64,000 nt of DNA, from NCBI GenBank assembly GCA_013239625.1, contig MU053482.1:533168-597167 (forward strand). The letters are read 5' to 3'. The position numbers and the translations under genes are program-made. The notes under the pieces are model-generated. The model saw nothing but the letters and a program-made list of their open reading frames with translations, ran no database searches and was not told where the DNA came from. Below, piece by piece: positions 62,390 to 64,000 of this stretch; within the stretch, counting starts at the first letter, position 1, and every line of letters starts with the position of its first letter. Origin of the DNA: Lama guanicoe (lineage: Eukaryota).

Positions 62390-63545
62390 TGACCTGTTAC
62401 ATCCCATATTCTCCTGCTGCCTGCTCAGTTTCTTTCCCTTCATAGCAAATTGATCAAAAGAATTGTGTACTCTTGCTATCTCCATTTACTTACCTTCCAT
62501 TCACTCCTCAACCTAACTTAATCTGACGAATTCCACCATAGCTCCAATGAGACAACAATGACCAAGGTCAACAAAATCTTCTGTGTTGCTAATCCAGTGG
62601 AAAGTGTTCAGCATTACCTTATTCTCTCAGTAGGATATGACATGGTTGACTAGTGCCTACTACTTGAACCAATCTCTTCCTTTTGGCTTACAATATGTCA
62701 TCACTATTCCCTACCACCTCTTTCTGGTTTTCTTATGCCACTCAAGTGTCTCTTTTCCTCACATTTCTTTCTCTTATTGATTTCTAATGTAATTTCATTG
62801 GAGAACATGTAAGCAAGCCATAGAATGCTATCAGAGTGTTCAAATGGGTGAGGGTGCTGACTTAATTCTGGGAGGTCAGAACAGGTCCTTGGAGAAGTGG
62901 CTTAATCTGAAATCTGTCAGGCTAATTAGAAAGGACAGAAGTGTGGAGAGGAGTATTATAAACAGAATAAATGGTGTGCACAAAGGTCCCATGGTGAATG
63001 AGAGAGCACAGGGCACTAAAGCAAATGGGAAAAAAAGGGGGCCAGTGTGCTTCCATAATGGTGTATAAATGGAAGGGTGGTGGAATATGAAGCTGGAAAG
63101 ATAAGCAGGATCCACTCCATTGTGGGCTTCATCAACCATGTTAAAGGTTTTGGTCTTTCTTCAGAGACCTTTGGGAAGTCAGCACTCTCATAGCATTCTA
63201 TAGATTTCCTACAGTGTTAGTTGCGTCTTTCTTATGTAATTGAATCATTTCTGTTTGTCTAACAAGATTATAAACTCCATGATGGTGGAAATTATGCCTC
63301 CTTTTGCTCATCTCTGTATCCTTAGCACATTAGGGTTGGATTGACAAGAATGAATGAGGAACTCTAATTACTCGTCCAGGAGACAGATGATGATAGTTTG
63401 TACCAGGATGTTGGTAATGAAAAGATATTAGATCTGAAAGATATTTGTGTAAAGTTGACTGATCATGGTGGTGGATTAGATATAAATGGTGAGAGTAGGA
63501 GCATATTAAAGATGATTCTTTATGGAAGCATCTTGTTTTTGGATA
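62390..63545. mobile_element. L2 fragments in alternating orientation
   Basis: Pyrimidine-sense blocks 62390-62770 and 63182-63358; purine-sense blocks 62820-63180 and 63360-63545. Confidence 0.65.
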
Positions 63546-63941
63546 ATCTCTCAAATTTCTGTGGGAATACCACATTAATTTTACTTATTTTAATATATTG
63601 TCTTTTTCAGCATTAACTGTTTCCTTGGGGATAGTATTTTGTTCAGCTTAGTTTCTCTTTCTGTTTTCTTCAACTGCTTTTTGTCTCTGCCATTTTATCA
63701 TTCTATCATTGCATTGTCTCACATTATTAAGTATTCTTTGAAAATGTAGTTTTTCATGTCTGCCTGTGTATTTGCATTGAGTTAATATATCATAATTGAT
63801 GATTTCTTTACTATTGGCCATATATTCTGTTCCTAATTTTTGCTTTATAAAAAATTGCTATTTTAAACATCTTTATGCCCATGTCTAATTACTAATGTAT
63901 TCCTGAGTATATATTTTTAGAGCTGGATTTATGGGCAGTGG

Positions 63942-64000
63942 ATATATATATACATATATATATATATATACGCACACACACACATACATACATACATGTA
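63942..64000. repeat. (TA)n/(CA)n compound microsatellite
   Basis: atatatatatacatatatatatatatatacgcacacaca. Confidence 0.9.

Noticed and set aside
55500..64000. GVIN1 or olfactory receptor coding remnants expected from human synteny
   Set aside because: No recognisable ORF or motif seen; a tblastn search would be needed to exclude decayed remnants.

Overview
Mammalian genomic DNA, probably camelid: it has two tRNA-Ala-type SINEs, and I recognised no Alu, B1, Bov-tA, PRE-1 or CAN SINEs. The only complete protein-coding gene is MRPL17 (minus strand, 3 coding exons: 35145-34972, 34666-34598, 34222-33956; 169 aa), with a CpG-island promoter carrying NRF1, ETS and GC-box motifs. A second CpG island at about 11.9-12.8 kb is broken by a 354-nt N gap and has a minus-strand splice donor at 12298. 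By known synteny (DCHS1-MRPL17 on human 11p15.4) it is probably the non-coding first exon and promoter of DCHS1, which would make 1-12.3 kb intron 1. The rest is dense transposon debris: L2, MIR, L1s of several ages, MaLR and ERV solo LTRs, and hAT and Tigger MITEs, plus a U6 pseudogene and a 5S fragment. I found no evidence for a novel multi-gene system. The most unusual items are retrotransposition oddities (a tailless 5S copy, a 5'-end-only L1 insert with a 22-bp TSD, a non-classical L1 insertion, a three-level nest) and a candidate spliced divergent transcript from the MRPL17 promoter. Repeat family names come from my recall of consensus sequences, and repeat boundaries without stated TSDs are approximate.
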